From Bdellovibrionaceae bacterium UBA2339 (lineage in GTDB: Bacteria; Bdellovibrionota; Bdellovibrionia; Bdellovibrionales; JAMPXM01): 64,000 bases of DNA. The position numbers were made by a program, and so were the translations under genes. The notes below the pieces were generated by a model. The model saw only the letters and a program-made list of their open reading frames with translations. It ran no database searches and had not been told where the DNA came from. The stretch is taken from assembly GCA_002344785.1 (NCBI GenBank), contig DDUL01000056.1, forward strand, positions 31,752 through 95,751, written 5' to 3'. Shown here in pieces: positions 52,701 through 62,345 of this stretch; position 1 is the stretch's first letter, and every line of letters starts with the position of its first letter.

Positions 52701-54116
52701 ATGTGCGTGAAGGAGAAATCATCGTGGGGATGGCAAGGACTGAAGTCGCATTTCGTTGGGACTTTGGCGAGTCTCGGGCTTTTGGGCACTGTTGGTGGTT
52801 TTGCAGCCAGCGTGGCTCAGGCCCAATCGAAGCATCGCCCAGAGATTGGTGCGGAAAGCACCCCAGCGAGTGAGGCGACGAGCCGTTCTGCAAGTGGGGC
52901 TTGGCCTGAAGCTTTGGCACCTTTGAAGCCCAGTTTTCTATTGCTTTGTCAGAATTCACCCACTGTGGCCAGTCTGAAGTCGCAAGTTGCACTTGCTGAA
53001 GACAGATCCGATTTGGCTGAGAAGTGGTATTGGCCACGAATCGCGGCGAGCGCAGGTGCGAGTGTGAGCGACGCAGGGGCTGGGGCGGGTGCGCTGAATT
53101 CAAATTTTCTGGCACTTCGCGCCGATTTGAATTTGCCGGCACTGTTTTCACCTCGAACAGAGGCGCATCGCTCGCGAGTCGAGCACTTGCGTGCGTCGTG
53201 GCAAAGCCGCCTGGAATTACAACGCTTGGCTTTGAGTGTGGTCGATCAGATTCTTGTCGCCAGTTCGTTTGCTAGCCGCGACCAAGATTTGGCGGAGAAC
53301 GAAGAACAACTGCAGCGGCAGTTTCGGATCCTCTCGGGATCAGTCCGTCAGGGCCTGGCTCGGCAAAAGGATCAACAGAAATTCGAGGCGGAAATTTTAA
53401 AGCTGCGTGAGACGCGGCTGAATCTTAAGCGGTCGCAAAAGGAAGCCTTGGAGCGACTGAAAGTCTTGTTGGGTGAAGACTTGCCGGCTTCGAGTCTCGC
53501 CATTTCTTGGAAAAGTATGGCGAGTCTTGAGCCGGCATCACTCATGAGCGTAAAGACGTCACCAAGTCTCGAAGTGGCTCGACTCAAATGGGAGTCCGCA
53601 CAGCTCAATGAGCGCCTTCAGCAACAGCGAACGGGGCTCGTCACACAAGTTTCGGCCTCCTATGGCTTGCGGAGATCGCCGATTGAATCTCAATTGTCTT
53701 TGGATCAAACGCGTTCCATGTCGGCAAGCGTGAACTTTTCATTGCCGATCCTGGATTGGGGAACTGATGCACTTCAACGCCGAGAAGCCGTTGAGGCCAA
53801 AGTCGTGGCTGAGCGCGAGTGGCGAGAGGCCGAGCGGCAATTCGTGGCCGAGCGGGCATTGATTGTTGATGAAGGCGAGCGTTTGAAAGAGAGACGGCAG
53901 CTTGCTCAGCGGCTTTTCGATCTGGAACGAAAGAGTTTTCAGCAGATCATGGTGGATTATCGAGAGGGTCGAACAACATATTTGGATTGGTTGAGTGCGA
54001 GTCAAAACTTGCGTGCTGCCGTCCAGTCGCAAATCGAGTTAGCCAATGAATGGGCGAAATATTGGCTCCGAGTGCAGAGCTTTCGAGGAGAACTTGCTGA
54101 TGAAGTTTGTCCGTAA
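52701..54116 (+). CDS. TolC-family outer membrane efflux protein
   Basis: Signal GTLASLGLLGTVGGFAASVAQA. Two coiled-coil/beta repeats with typical ...ARLKWESAQLNE..., ...DWLSASQNLRAAVQSQIELANEW. Confidence 0.8.
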   Translation: MCVKEKSSWGWQGLKSHFVGTLASLGLLGTVGGFAASVAQAQSKHRPEIGAESTPASEATSRSASGAWPEALAPLKPSFLLLCQNSPTVASLKSQVALAEDRSDLAEKWYWPRIAASAGASVSDAGAGAGALNSNFLALRADLNLPALFSPRTEAHRSRVEHLRASWQSRLELQRLALSVVDQILVASSFASRDQDLAENEEQLQRQFRILSGSVRQGLARQKDQQKFEAEILKLRETRLNLKRSQKEALERLKVLLGEDLPASSLAISWKSMASLEPASLMSVKTSPSLEVARLKWESAQLNERLQQQRTGLVTQVSASYGLRRSPIESQLSLDQTRSMSASVNFSLPILDWGTDALQRREAVEAKVVAEREWREAERQFVAERALIVDEGERLKERRQLAQRLFDLERKSFQQIMVDYREGRTTYLDWLSASQNLRAAVQSQIELANEWAKYWLRVQSFRGELADEVCP

Positions 54117-55014
54117 GGAATTCGCTGTTCTTTCTGATGCTGGCCGCAGCACTTTAGGTCATTGCGATGCGATGAAATTGTTGGTTCTGTGCATTGCTGT
54201 GTCGGTCGTGAGTGGATGTGGAAACAAAAGCCGGGGTGAGCTCCCGACGGCCAAGGCCGAGGTCGGCGACCTTCATCAAACTGTCGCGATCAGTGGAACA
54301 GTGAAGGCCAAGCGCGAGAGTTTTTTGCCCGCTCCTTATGCGGGCTATGTGCGAAAACTCTTTGTTGAGGTGGGGTCTCAGGTCAAAAAGGGTGATCCGC
54401 TGATCACCATCACCGCCAATCTTTCGCCTGAAGAAGTTGGATTTCCGATGCGAGCAGCCTTCGACGGGATGGTGAGTCAGGTGCTTCGCTCAGAAGGAGA
54501 CTACGTCACCAACTCGGGCCAAGAGGCGCGCCTACTTAAAATTGAAGACCGAAGCCAGATGCAGATTGAGTCAGATGTTCCGGAAGCGGACTTCACCAAA
54601 GTGAAACTTGGCCAGAGAGCACGGATTCGCGTCAACGCCATTCAGGGTGTTGAGTTTGATGGTGAGATCGTTCAGATCTTTCAAGCGGCTCGTGAGGCTG
54701 ATAATTCCTGGGATCGAAAGGGCGGAAGTTTTCCAATTCGAATTCAGCTGAAGAATCCGACGCCGGAAGTTGTGTCGGGACTTTCGAGTGTGGTGGAGAT
54801 CCGAGTGGCCTCACGTGAGAAAGTTCTCCGCTTACCGCAGGAATTTGTGTTGCGAGAGCAGGGCCGATTCGCGGTGATCAAGAAAAAATCCAATGCGCGT
54901 GTTGAGGTCAAGACGGGACTTCGCACGGAGAGCTTCATTGAAATTGTCGAGGGGTTGAGCGCTGGGGATGAGGTGGTGTTTCCGCTTGCCAAGGACGCGG
55001 GAGACTCGAACTGA
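54100..55014 (+). CDS. Periplasmic adaptor (membrane fusion protein, MacA/HlyD-like)
   Basis: Lipobox LCIAVSVVSGC. GTVKAKRE..., VKKGDPLITI (lipoyl-like) and beta-barrel segments. GAGGAG Shine-Dalgarno before ATG 54100; alternative start at 54172. Confidence 0.8.
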   Translation: MKFVRKEFAVLSDAGRSTLGHCDAMKLLVLCIAVSVVSGCGNKSRGELPTAKAEVGDLHQTVAISGTVKAKRESFLPAPYAGYVRKLFVEVGSQVKKGDPLITITANLSPEEVGFPMRAAFDGMVSQVLRSEGDYVTNSGQEARLLKIEDRSQMQIESDVPEADFTKVKLGQRARIRVNAIQGVEFDGEIVQIFQAAREADNSWDRKGGSFPIRIQLKNPTPEVVSGLSSVVEIRVASREKVLRLPQEFVLREQGRFAVIKKKSNARVEVKTGLRTESFIEIVEGLSAGDEVVFPLAKDAGDSN

Positions 55015-57170
55015 TGCCTGGTGATGCTGCCGGACGTAGGGGAATAGAGTCTGAGTTGCAACAGGCCGCACCGGTTTTGGAGCTACGAAACCTCAAACTC
55101 GACTATTTGACCGAAAATCGAAAAACCGAAGTTCTGCGAAACTTGAGTTTCCAGATTGATTCCAAGGCGGATTTGTCGCGCGGTCGGAAGCTTGCGATTT
55201 GCGGGCCATCAGGCTCGGGAAAATCGACGCTACTTTACATTTTGGGCGGATTGTTGAGGCCCACGTCCGGTAGCGTAAGTGTCTTCGGTCAGGAAATTTG
55301 GAGTTGGGATGAAGCTCGGCGCGCGCGGTTTCGCGCATCGAGCATCGGCTTTGTGTATCAAAATTTCCATCTCTTGCCAGCTTGGTCGGTGCTCGACAAC
55401 GTGATGTTGGGTGCGGACTACGTGAGCGCCGAACAAGTGCCGAGCTTGCGTGAGCGCGCGATGGGCTTGTTGGATCGGCTGGGACTCAAAGGACTTGAAG
55501 CACGAACGCCATCGCAACTTTCTGGTGGTCAGGCGCAACGAGTCGCGATTGCGCGAGCTCTTCTCATGAATCCACGAATTATTTTGGCGGACGAGCCCAC
55601 CGGGGCTTTGGATTCGGCGACGGCTCAGGAGATCATGACGATTTTCGATGAGCTGTGTGACGAAGGGCGCACGGTGATTCTGATCACGCACGACGAGGGC
55701 GTGGCACAGTCCTGCGAGCAGATCATTCGGCTTCGGGAAGGCGAGTTGGATCGAATCGATGAACCCGATATTCAGGATTCTCGGTCCTTAAGTTCGGCAG
55801 TCGAGGAGGTGCGCTGGTCGACGTCGCCGACGAAGGAGGCTTTGGGGCTGGGAGGATCGGGTTGGTCGGCGGTTCTTCAGCCGTTGATCTGGCGACGCGC
55901 GTGGAGTTCATCGTGGAAACTGCTTCGTCGAAATCCGTCTCGGAACTTACTGACGCTGTTTGGTGTCGCCATTGGCGTCGCAGCCGTCTTGTCGATGATC
56001 ACCATCGGGCGCTTCGCTCGAGAGCGAATTTTGGAATCTTACGATCGTCTTGGAGTTCGAAGCTTTCGAGTTTGGGGATACACGAATTGGAATTTGCCCA
56101 TCAGCACGCCGCTCGAAACTTATTTTCGCGAGTTTAAGGATGAAGAGTTGGCGGCATTGACTCGACTGTTTCCGGATCTTGAGCACTATTCACCGACGGC
56201 GAATTTTTGGGGCGGTCAAGTTTCCTATGGCGGAAGAACTGTCACCGAAGATGTCAGTATGATGGGTGTTAACGAGCATGGATTGAGGCTCAATGAATTG
56301 AGCCTTCGCTCGGGTCGTGGAATCTCAGCCATTGATGTCTTGGAACGCAATGCGGTTTGTGTGATCGGTTCTGGGGTGGCCCGTGAGCTTGAGTTGACGA
56401 ATCTGGATTTTTCGAATCATCAAGCGGAAAAGCCGCTACTGTTTATCAAGACGAATCGTCTGAATTTCGCCTGCCGAGTTGTGGGATTGCTCGCCGAACC
56501 AAAGTCCGCATCCAGTCGTCGGGGTCGCGTCGGTCAAGAATTGATCTTGCCACACTCTTATGTGCGGGCGATTCGCGGTGAGAGTCCAAATTCCAACGAA
56601 GGGGATTTTAACAATGTGATTTTCGAGGTGAGGCCTGGCGCGGATCCGCAAATGTTGTCAAAACATGTCGAGCAATTCTTCAAACAGAAGTATGGCGTTG
56701 CCGGAGATTTTCGTGCGAGCACCAATAATCGAGTCCTTGAGCAGATGCAGAGATTTTTAGAAATCTTCAATGGCCTTTTGATTGGCGTCGCCTTTGTCAC
56801 GCTGATCGTTGGCGCGACGGGTGTGACGAATATGATTCTTGTTTCTCTTGGCGAGAGGTTGCGAGAGCTGGGACTTCGGCGCGCTGTTGGCGCTGAGCCG
56901 CGTGATCTGCGGGCGATGGTCATTGGCGAGTCGATGGCGCTTTGTGGATTGGCCGGATTGGTGGGACTTGTTTCTTCCATTCTGCTTTTGCATTTGGTTT
57001 TGTATGGAGTTTCTTTGGCCTTTCCGCAGGTGAAGTTTGTTTGGACCTTCGATCTTTTGGCGATCTCGATGAGTCTGATTTCGATTGTTTCGGTTGGGAT
57101 TGGGTCGGGATTGTATCCGGCTGTCCGGGCCGAGCAGTTGGATGTGGTCGCGGCCTTGCGGGCTGAGTGA
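55014..57170 (+). CDS. MacB-type ABC transporter, fused ATPase-permease (FtsX/MacB periplasmic domain)
   Basis: Walker A GPSGSGKST, signature LSGGQAQRVAIARAL, Walker B ILADEPTGALD. Then 4 TM with a large periplasmic loop. Start overlaps the MFP stop. Confidence 0.9.
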   Translation: MPGDAAGRRGIESELQQAAPVLELRNLKLDYLTENRKTEVLRNLSFQIDSKADLSRGRKLAICGPSGSGKSTLLYILGGLLRPTSGSVSVFGQEIWSWDEARRARFRASSIGFVYQNFHLLPAWSVLDNVMLGADYVSAEQVPSLRERAMGLLDRLGLKGLEARTPSQLSGGQAQRVAIARALLMNPRIILADEPTGALDSATAQEIMTIFDELCDEGRTVILITHDEGVAQSCEQIIRLREGELDRIDEPDIQDSRSLSSAVEEVRWSTSPTKEALGLGGSGWSAVLQPLIWRRAWSSSWKLLRRNPSRNLLTLFGVAIGVAAVLSMITIGRFARERILESYDRLGVRSFRVWGYTNWNLPISTPLETYFREFKDEELAALTRLFPDLEHYSPTANFWGGQVSYGGRTVTEDVSMMGVNEHGLRLNELSLRSGRGISAIDVLERNAVCVIGSGVARELELTNLDFSNHQAEKPLLFIKTNRLNFACRVVGLLAEPKSASSRRGRVGQELILPHSYVRAIRGESPNSNEGDFNNVIFEVRPGADPQMLSKHVEQFFKQKYGVAGDFRASTNNRVLEQMQRFLEIFNGLLIGVAFVTLIVGATGVTNMILVSLGERLRELGLRRAVGAEPRDLRAMVIGESMALCGLAGLVGLVSSILLLHLVLYGVSLAFPQVKFVWTFDLLAISMSLISIVSVGIGSGLYPAVRAEQLDVVAALRAE

Positions 57171-57357
57171 CGCCCTAAACTGGCACACTTGAGTGGTTGT
57201 GGTGACGATCGGGGCACGAGCCGCAGATGAATGGGCCTGTGGTCTCAAGATTGGTTGGAATTGAGTATTGATTTCAATGACTTAAGAATGGACTTGGGAA
57301 AAGCCTGAGGCTGATCCGTCGGGCCTTCATGGCCTAGGCTTCGCATTTCAATTTCAG

Positions 57358-58992
57358 ATGATGCTTCGAAATTCAGTCGAGCCACAGGTCCGGGAGCCGG
57401 ACCAAGTCGCAGATTATGGGCTGAGGGCCGTGGGCCTCGGGCAGCGAATTCTTTGCGGCCTGTTGGTGTTGATGACTCAATTTTTGATGATTGCGAATGC
57501 ATCGGGTGAACTTCGTTGTGAGGCAATGTTTTGGCCCGCCGAGACTCGCGCGATGGAGTTGGAGCGTGTGGCTCGGGCGAACAAAATTTTGGCTCGTGAG
57601 CTTTCGGCTGAGCAGAGGCGTGCGTTGGTTGAGGCGCATCGAATCGGATTGGGTGAGTTGGGGCGTGATGGCCAAGAAGCGAGCGTCGGTCACTACACTT
57701 GGTCGCAACTTCGTCGGAAAGCCGATCATCTGATGGCGCGAGGATTCTCTCGAGTTGAGATTCGGCTTTTGATGGAAGCGGGAATTCTTGGGCGAGAGCC
57801 TGTGCGGAGTTGGACAGAAGAGCTTCGTTTGGAGCCCGGAGAAACTGTACTGGTCACTCGCTGGGATGGCGGTTTGCCACACCTGTATCACTTCGCTTCT
57901 GAGTTTAGGCCTGGCACGGGTTCCGTGGGTGGTTCGCTTGGGCAAGTGCCGATGTTGAGATTGAAAGAAGCCGACGGTCGAGTTGTCGACATGCAAGTTT
58001 CTGAAGTCAAAGATCTTGTTCGGGCGCGACCCTTCTATGCGCGAGGTGAACGGCTGAATGTGCAGTGGCTGGATGGCGCTGGTCGAGTGCTGCAGAAGCA
58101 GGGATTGTTTCAGGGCATTGAGGCTGGACACTGGCGATTCACGGAGCTGAACTCTTCGCAAACATGGTCAGTGAGTGTGGACGCACTTCGCGTGGCGATG
58201 AGCTCCGGGCGCGGTGGTATTCAGAGATTGGATGCCACATTTTGGAGTTCGCGCTGGGCGCTTCGACGAGGTGAGGATCGAGTTGAAGTGCGATCTTGGC
58301 GCGGAAATTATCAGGGACTGTTTGTTGATGAGACGCCGGATCGCTTGATCCTCATTCGCGATCGAGTGGTGATCGAAATTGAAAAATCGCAGATGCTGGG
58401 CTTAAGAAGAATTCGAGAGTTTAGCGATCCGTCGGTTCCGCCACAGGCATCGGCAAACGCGCAGCAAAGAGCGCGATCGCAAGAGAATACATGGCGGCCG
58501 TTTTCTTGGACAGATTTGCGAGGGACGACGAGGGATTCGGCCGCTGGGCCAGGTGGCGATCGCGGTGATCGACAGGCGTTCGCTGAGCAAGCTCAGCGGC
58601 AAGCGCATCAGCGCGATCAGCACAGTCACCGAAATCATCAGAATCAACGGCAGGCCACGCGCCCGCAGTCAGTGAATGTTCGCGAGTTTTTGAGTGCACC
58701 GGAGGCTTTGCTTCGCGACGCCAATCTTGATGCGCCAGAGGTGCAGACTTGGCGAAATTGGATGATGGCGTTGAATCCTTCGCGCAATGTTGAGGCGGCC
58801 GCATGGGTGATGGGATTTCGTGATGTGAAACTGATATCAAAGCACGAGTTGAAGCTCGCCTATCGTCGCCTTGCGCGAAGACTTCACCCTGATCTCAATC
58901 GGGATCGTCCGTTGCACGAGCAGCTGCAGATGGAAGAGATGCTCAAGCAAGTGAATCTCGCGCACCAAGTGCTTGAAAAGCACTTACCCTAA
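57358..58992 (+). CDS. Signal-peptide (or N-anchored) protein with C-terminal J domain
   Basis: N-terminal RILCGLLVLMTQFLMIANASG. C-terminal LKLAYRRLARRLHPDLNRDRP...MLKQVNLAHQVL with HPD tripeptide. The middle roughly 400 aa has no motif I recognise. Confidence 0.7.
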   Translation: MMLRNSVEPQVREPDQVADYGLRAVGLGQRILCGLLVLMTQFLMIANASGELRCEAMFWPAETRAMELERVARANKILARELSAEQRRALVEAHRIGLGELGRDGQEASVGHYTWSQLRRKADHLMARGFSRVEIRLLMEAGILGREPVRSWTEELRLEPGETVLVTRWDGGLPHLYHFASEFRPGTGSVGGSLGQVPMLRLKEADGRVVDMQVSEVKDLVRARPFYARGERLNVQWLDGAGRVLQKQGLFQGIEAGHWRFTELNSSQTWSVSVDALRVAMSSGRGGIQRLDATFWSSRWALRRGEDRVEVRSWRGNYQGLFVDETPDRLILIRDRVVIEIEKSQMLGLRRIREFSDPSVPPQASANAQQRARSQENTWRPFSWTDLRGTTRDSAAGPGGDRGDRQAFAEQAQRQAHQRDQHSHRNHQNQRQATRPQSVNVREFLSAPEALLRDANLDAPEVQTWRNWMMALNPSRNVEAAAWVMGFRDVKLISKHELKLAYRRLARRLHPDLNRDRPLHEQLQMEEMLKQVNLAHQVLEKHLP

Positions 58993-59000
58993 GGCATCCG

Positions 59001-59037
59001 TGACCTCAGCTCGAAATGAGATTTCAAGCTGAGGTCA
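59001..59037. terminator. Hairpin between convergent genes (11-bp perfect stem TGACCTCAGCT/AGCTGAGGTCA, 15-nt loop)
   Basis: Read directly. There is no strong U-run, so terminator function is inferred from position only. Confidence 0.45.
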
Positions 59038-59060
59038 TGGTATTCGGTGAATAACGAAGT

Positions 59061-62000
59061 TTAGGGTTGGTAAGTGATTCGCGGCAAGAAGGCCTGTTGG
59101 TCTTGTCCGACTCCGCCGCGAAAGTGTCGTCCTTGTGCGGAGAGTAGCACAAGCGACTCTGGCCCCGCGCCCTTGACGACGCTCAGAGTTTGCGTCTGAC
59201 CCGGAGACAAGGTCCAGTGGGATGGGAGTTCGCTGAAGCCTTGAGCCTCGGGCCTTAGATTCAGTGTGAACCACTCAGCTTGGCCGGCATTCAAGAAGTC
59301 GTCGGGCTCAATCGCTGATCCGGTTTGCGCACTTGTGCCGATGCGCGCTTGTAGAGAACCATCGGCTTGTGTCGCCAAAAGTCCAATCGGCGCTTCGATG
59401 AGGGCAATCGTCGAGAATTCCTTTGAAGTGAACTTGCCGAGATTGAGCAAGGCGGGGCGGAAATCCAGTTTGGGTTCCGGGCTCTGCGGCGCGCGCGGTG
59501 CTTTGAGAGCCTGCTCAAAGGCCGTGCGAATTTGCCGGAGCATCGGCACGTCGAGCAGCAGGCTTGCAAATCGCGTCTCGGTGAAGCCCGCCAGAGAGTC
59601 CATGCGTGCGCCAGCAAGTTCTTGGTCGGCGATCGCATCACCGTCGCGATCCAGTAGCAAAGAGAACTCGCACAAGTCCCATGTGGTCATCGGCTCGTAG
59701 AGCTTGATGGCAAGTTGCAGTCGTGCCCCTTCGGCGTGAGGTTGGACTCGGTAAGCCGCAAGCTCAAGATCGCAGTAGCGAGATCTTGAAGTTTCGCCGA
59801 TGGGATCAGGTTTGCGTGCGTCGCGAGAGATCAGGTTGAAGGGTAGAACCTCAACATTGTGAACGCCGGCATTCTTGATATCAAAATCCACCACGGCGCC
59901 TGTCGAGTCCGCTGCCGAAGTTGAGCGAACTTTGAGGTCGGTCACTTCAATTGGACTCACTTGACTGAGAAGCGCCAGCACGGGCACGCGGGCAAGCTCG
60001 GCGCCTTGCAGGTCGCGGAGTACGGCGAAGCCGGAGGCCTCGGAGAAATTGGCAGATTGATTGGGCGGCTGAATCAACGTGAAGCGAAGTGCGCTTCGCG
60101 TTGTCTCCTGGGCTTTGACAGCAACAGGATGTGGCGCCTGCATTCGCAAGTTTGGTGTGTGATCTTCAAGCACCCATTGTGCCTGAAGATCTTGATGAAG
60201 GGCGCGAACTTCGACGTGTTGGAGCAGAGTTTTTTGGGACTCGACTTGCTGTGGGCCAAGCGAGAGCGCGGCTGGGTATACCAAAGCTTGGGCGTCGAGA
60301 GTCTCGACGATGCGAACACGACCGGCGCCTTGGCGAGCCACGGAGTAAAGTTCGCCATTGGCTGCGCGAATTGGTTTTGCGCGATTCATGACGAGAGCTT
60401 TGCGTTCGGCCACGCTGAGCTTGGGGTAAGCTTGATGGAGCAAAGTCATCACGCCGGCCATGTGTGGCGCCGCCATGGAGGTTCCTGACATCTCAACGCC
60501 ATCATCGCCGCTTCCCATTGCGGCTGAGAGAATTTTTGAGCCCGGTGCTGAGATCTCTGGCTTGATACGAGCATCGATGGAGCGTGGTCCTCGCGAAGAG
60601 AAGCCCGTGATGGTGTCGATGAGCTCAGGCTTTTCGATCACGCGCGTGCTGGTCAATTCGATCCTCAGCGTTTCCGACTTCAGAATCTCTTTGAGCTTTT
60701 CGCCCATAGCCTTGGTCACCATGATGCCAGGAATATTGAATTTGTCGGTATCGCCACCGCCCATGCGAATGGCTTCACCGTCTTGGTTGTTGAGCATCAC
60801 GACGCCGATGGCGCCTGCGGCCTCGGCGCGGCGAATTTTTTCTGCGAACGAAACTTGGCCGCGATCGATGAGTGCGATTTTCCCTTGAATGAGAGCGGCG
60901 GTTTCTGGGCTGAGATCTTGTGCGGCCAACCCGATATACAGGGCTTCGGCCTCGACCTGACCGGAGTTGGCCAAGGGTTTTGTGATCGTGCCTTCGATGG
61001 CTTCAACAAGAAACTCAGGTGTTGACTGAGGCAAAATTCGCGCGGCCCGAAAGCGCCAATTGGTATCGGCATTGTCGACGGAGGCGGCGACCGAAATGGC
61101 GGCATCAGCCACGCCGGGCGCGCCGACGATGAATGGCATGTCGCCGGAATTTCCACCTGAAGCGACGACCGAGGTCCCGCCGCTGGCCAGGTTGGAGATG
61201 GCTTCATTGTAGAGAATTTGCCCGTCGCCATAGCCAGATCCCAATGACAAATTCACCACATCCAGGCGATCGCTGGGGTCGCCATCGCCATTAGGGTCGG
61301 CGGCAAATTCAAGAGCTGCGACAACAACGGTGTCATTGGTCGAGCCTTGGGCGCCAAAGACTTTGAGTGCGTAGAGAAGTGCATCGGGCGCGACACCATC
61401 GTAGGTTTTCACACCATCGCCAACTCCGGCGACACTGCCGGCGACGTGCGTGCCGTGGCCGCCTTCGTCGAGTGGATTCTGGTCCACTTTAGGAATTCGT
61501 TTTTCAAAGAGTGGTGACGAGGTGTTGTAGTCAGTCCCGACAAAATCGAGTCCGCCAACAACTTTCGCATTTGGGTAAGAGGGATGAGGAGCCGAAGGGT
61601 CGATGGCCTTGAAGGCGTCGGCTGTGCCAACGCCGCCAAACATCTTATGGGTGTAGTCGATCCCTGAGTCGATGATGCCGACACGCAGGCCTTGGCCGCG
61701 AAGCCCGCGAGCGTGGGCTTCGAGTGCGCCAATGAATTTCGCTGAGGTGCGATCAAAAGCCGTTGAGGTTTTGATGTCTGGATCTGGTGTATTGGTTGCG
61801 ATGATCGGGCGCGCGAAATCGACGGCGCGTTCGATGCGAGCCACACCGGCGATCTGGCCGATGGACTCAAGCAGTGAAGTTGGCGCCACCACGGCGAAGC
61901 CATTGACGACAAAGCGGTAGCGATAAATCACTTTGATTTCTGCGGACAGGGCGTGAAGCTTTTTGAGCACTTGGTCTTGAGCTTCGCTCAGGGCCAGCAC

Positions 62001-62345
62001 TTGTTCTTGAGTGGGTTGAGACTGCTGCGCAAAAAGTGCGGGTGTTTCGAGTTTAATCAAGAAATAGCTATGAGTCTCAGGATCTGGCCGGGTTGAGAAT
62101 ATGCGCCAGAGGTCCGTTGGCCAAAGATCTTCCGGAGAGTGTGACTGAATGAGTTGATGGGAGAATTTCTCAGTCCATTGATCTGCCGAACATCCCGCCA
62201 ATGTTGCGGCGAAGACCAGCATCGAGATGCCGAAGCTTTTAAATCTAGAGGTGCGGTTCGTCGCGTGGTGAGTGGTCGCGTGGTGAGTGGTCGCATGAAG
62301 ATGAGAAGAGACCGACGTTGATGGACCGCGAACATTGGATCGCAT
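59061..62345 (-). CDS. Subtilisin-like S8 serine protease lipoprotein with PA domain and long C-terminal extension
   Basis: Catalytic triad contexts GIIDSGIDYTH, GGHGTHVAGS, SGTSMAAPHMAG. PA-like insert GKIALIDRGQVSFAEKIRRAEAAGAIGVV. Lipobox FAATLAGC. ATG 62345 chosen within the longer ORF. Confidence 0.9.
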   Translation of the reverse strand: MRSNVRGPSTSVSSHLHATTHHATTHHATNRTSRFKSFGISMLVFAATLAGCSADQWTEKFSHQLIQSHSPEDLWPTDLWRIFSTRPDPETHSYFLIKLETPALFAQQSQPTQEQVLALSEAQDQVLKKLHALSAEIKVIYRYRFVVNGFAVVAPTSLLESIGQIAGVARIERAVDFARPIIATNTPDPDIKTSTAFDRTSAKFIGALEAHARGLRGQGLRVGIIDSGIDYTHKMFGGVGTADAFKAIDPSAPHPSYPNAKVVGGLDFVGTDYNTSSPLFEKRIPKVDQNPLDEGGHGTHVAGSVAGVGDGVKTYDGVAPDALLYALKVFGAQGSTNDTVVVAALEFAADPNGDGDPSDRLDVVNLSLGSGYGDGQILYNEAISNLASGGTSVVASGGNSGDMPFIVGAPGVADAAISVAASVDNADTNWRFRAARILPQSTPEFLVEAIEGTITKPLANSGQVEAEALYIGLAAQDLSPETAALIQGKIALIDRGQVSFAEKIRRAEAAGAIGVVMLNNQDGEAIRMGGGDTDKFNIPGIMVTKAMGEKLKEILKSETLRIELTSTRVIEKPELIDTITGFSSRGPRSIDARIKPEISAPGSKILSAAMGSGDDGVEMSGTSMAAPHMAGVMTLLHQAYPKLSVAERKALVMNRAKPIRAANGELYSVARQGAGRVRIVETLDAQALVYPAALSLGPQQVESQKTLLQHVEVRALHQDLQAQWVLEDHTPNLRMQAPHPVAVKAQETTRSALRFTLIQPPNQSANFSEASGFAVLRDLQGAELARVPVLALLSQVSPIEVTDLKVRSTSAADSTGAVVDFDIKNAGVHNVEVLPFNLISRDARKPDPIGETSRSRYCDLELAAYRVQPHAEGARLQLAIKLYEPMTTWDLCEFSLLLDRDGDAIADQELAGARMDSLAGFTETRFASLLLDVPMLRQIRTAFEQALKAPRAPQSPEPKLDFRPALLNLGKFTSKEFSTIALIEAPIGLLATQADGSLQARIGTSAQTGSAIEPDDFLNAGQAEWFTLNLRPEAQGFSELPSHWTLSPGQTQTLSVVKGAGPESLVLLSAQGRHFRGGVGQDQQAFLPRITYQP

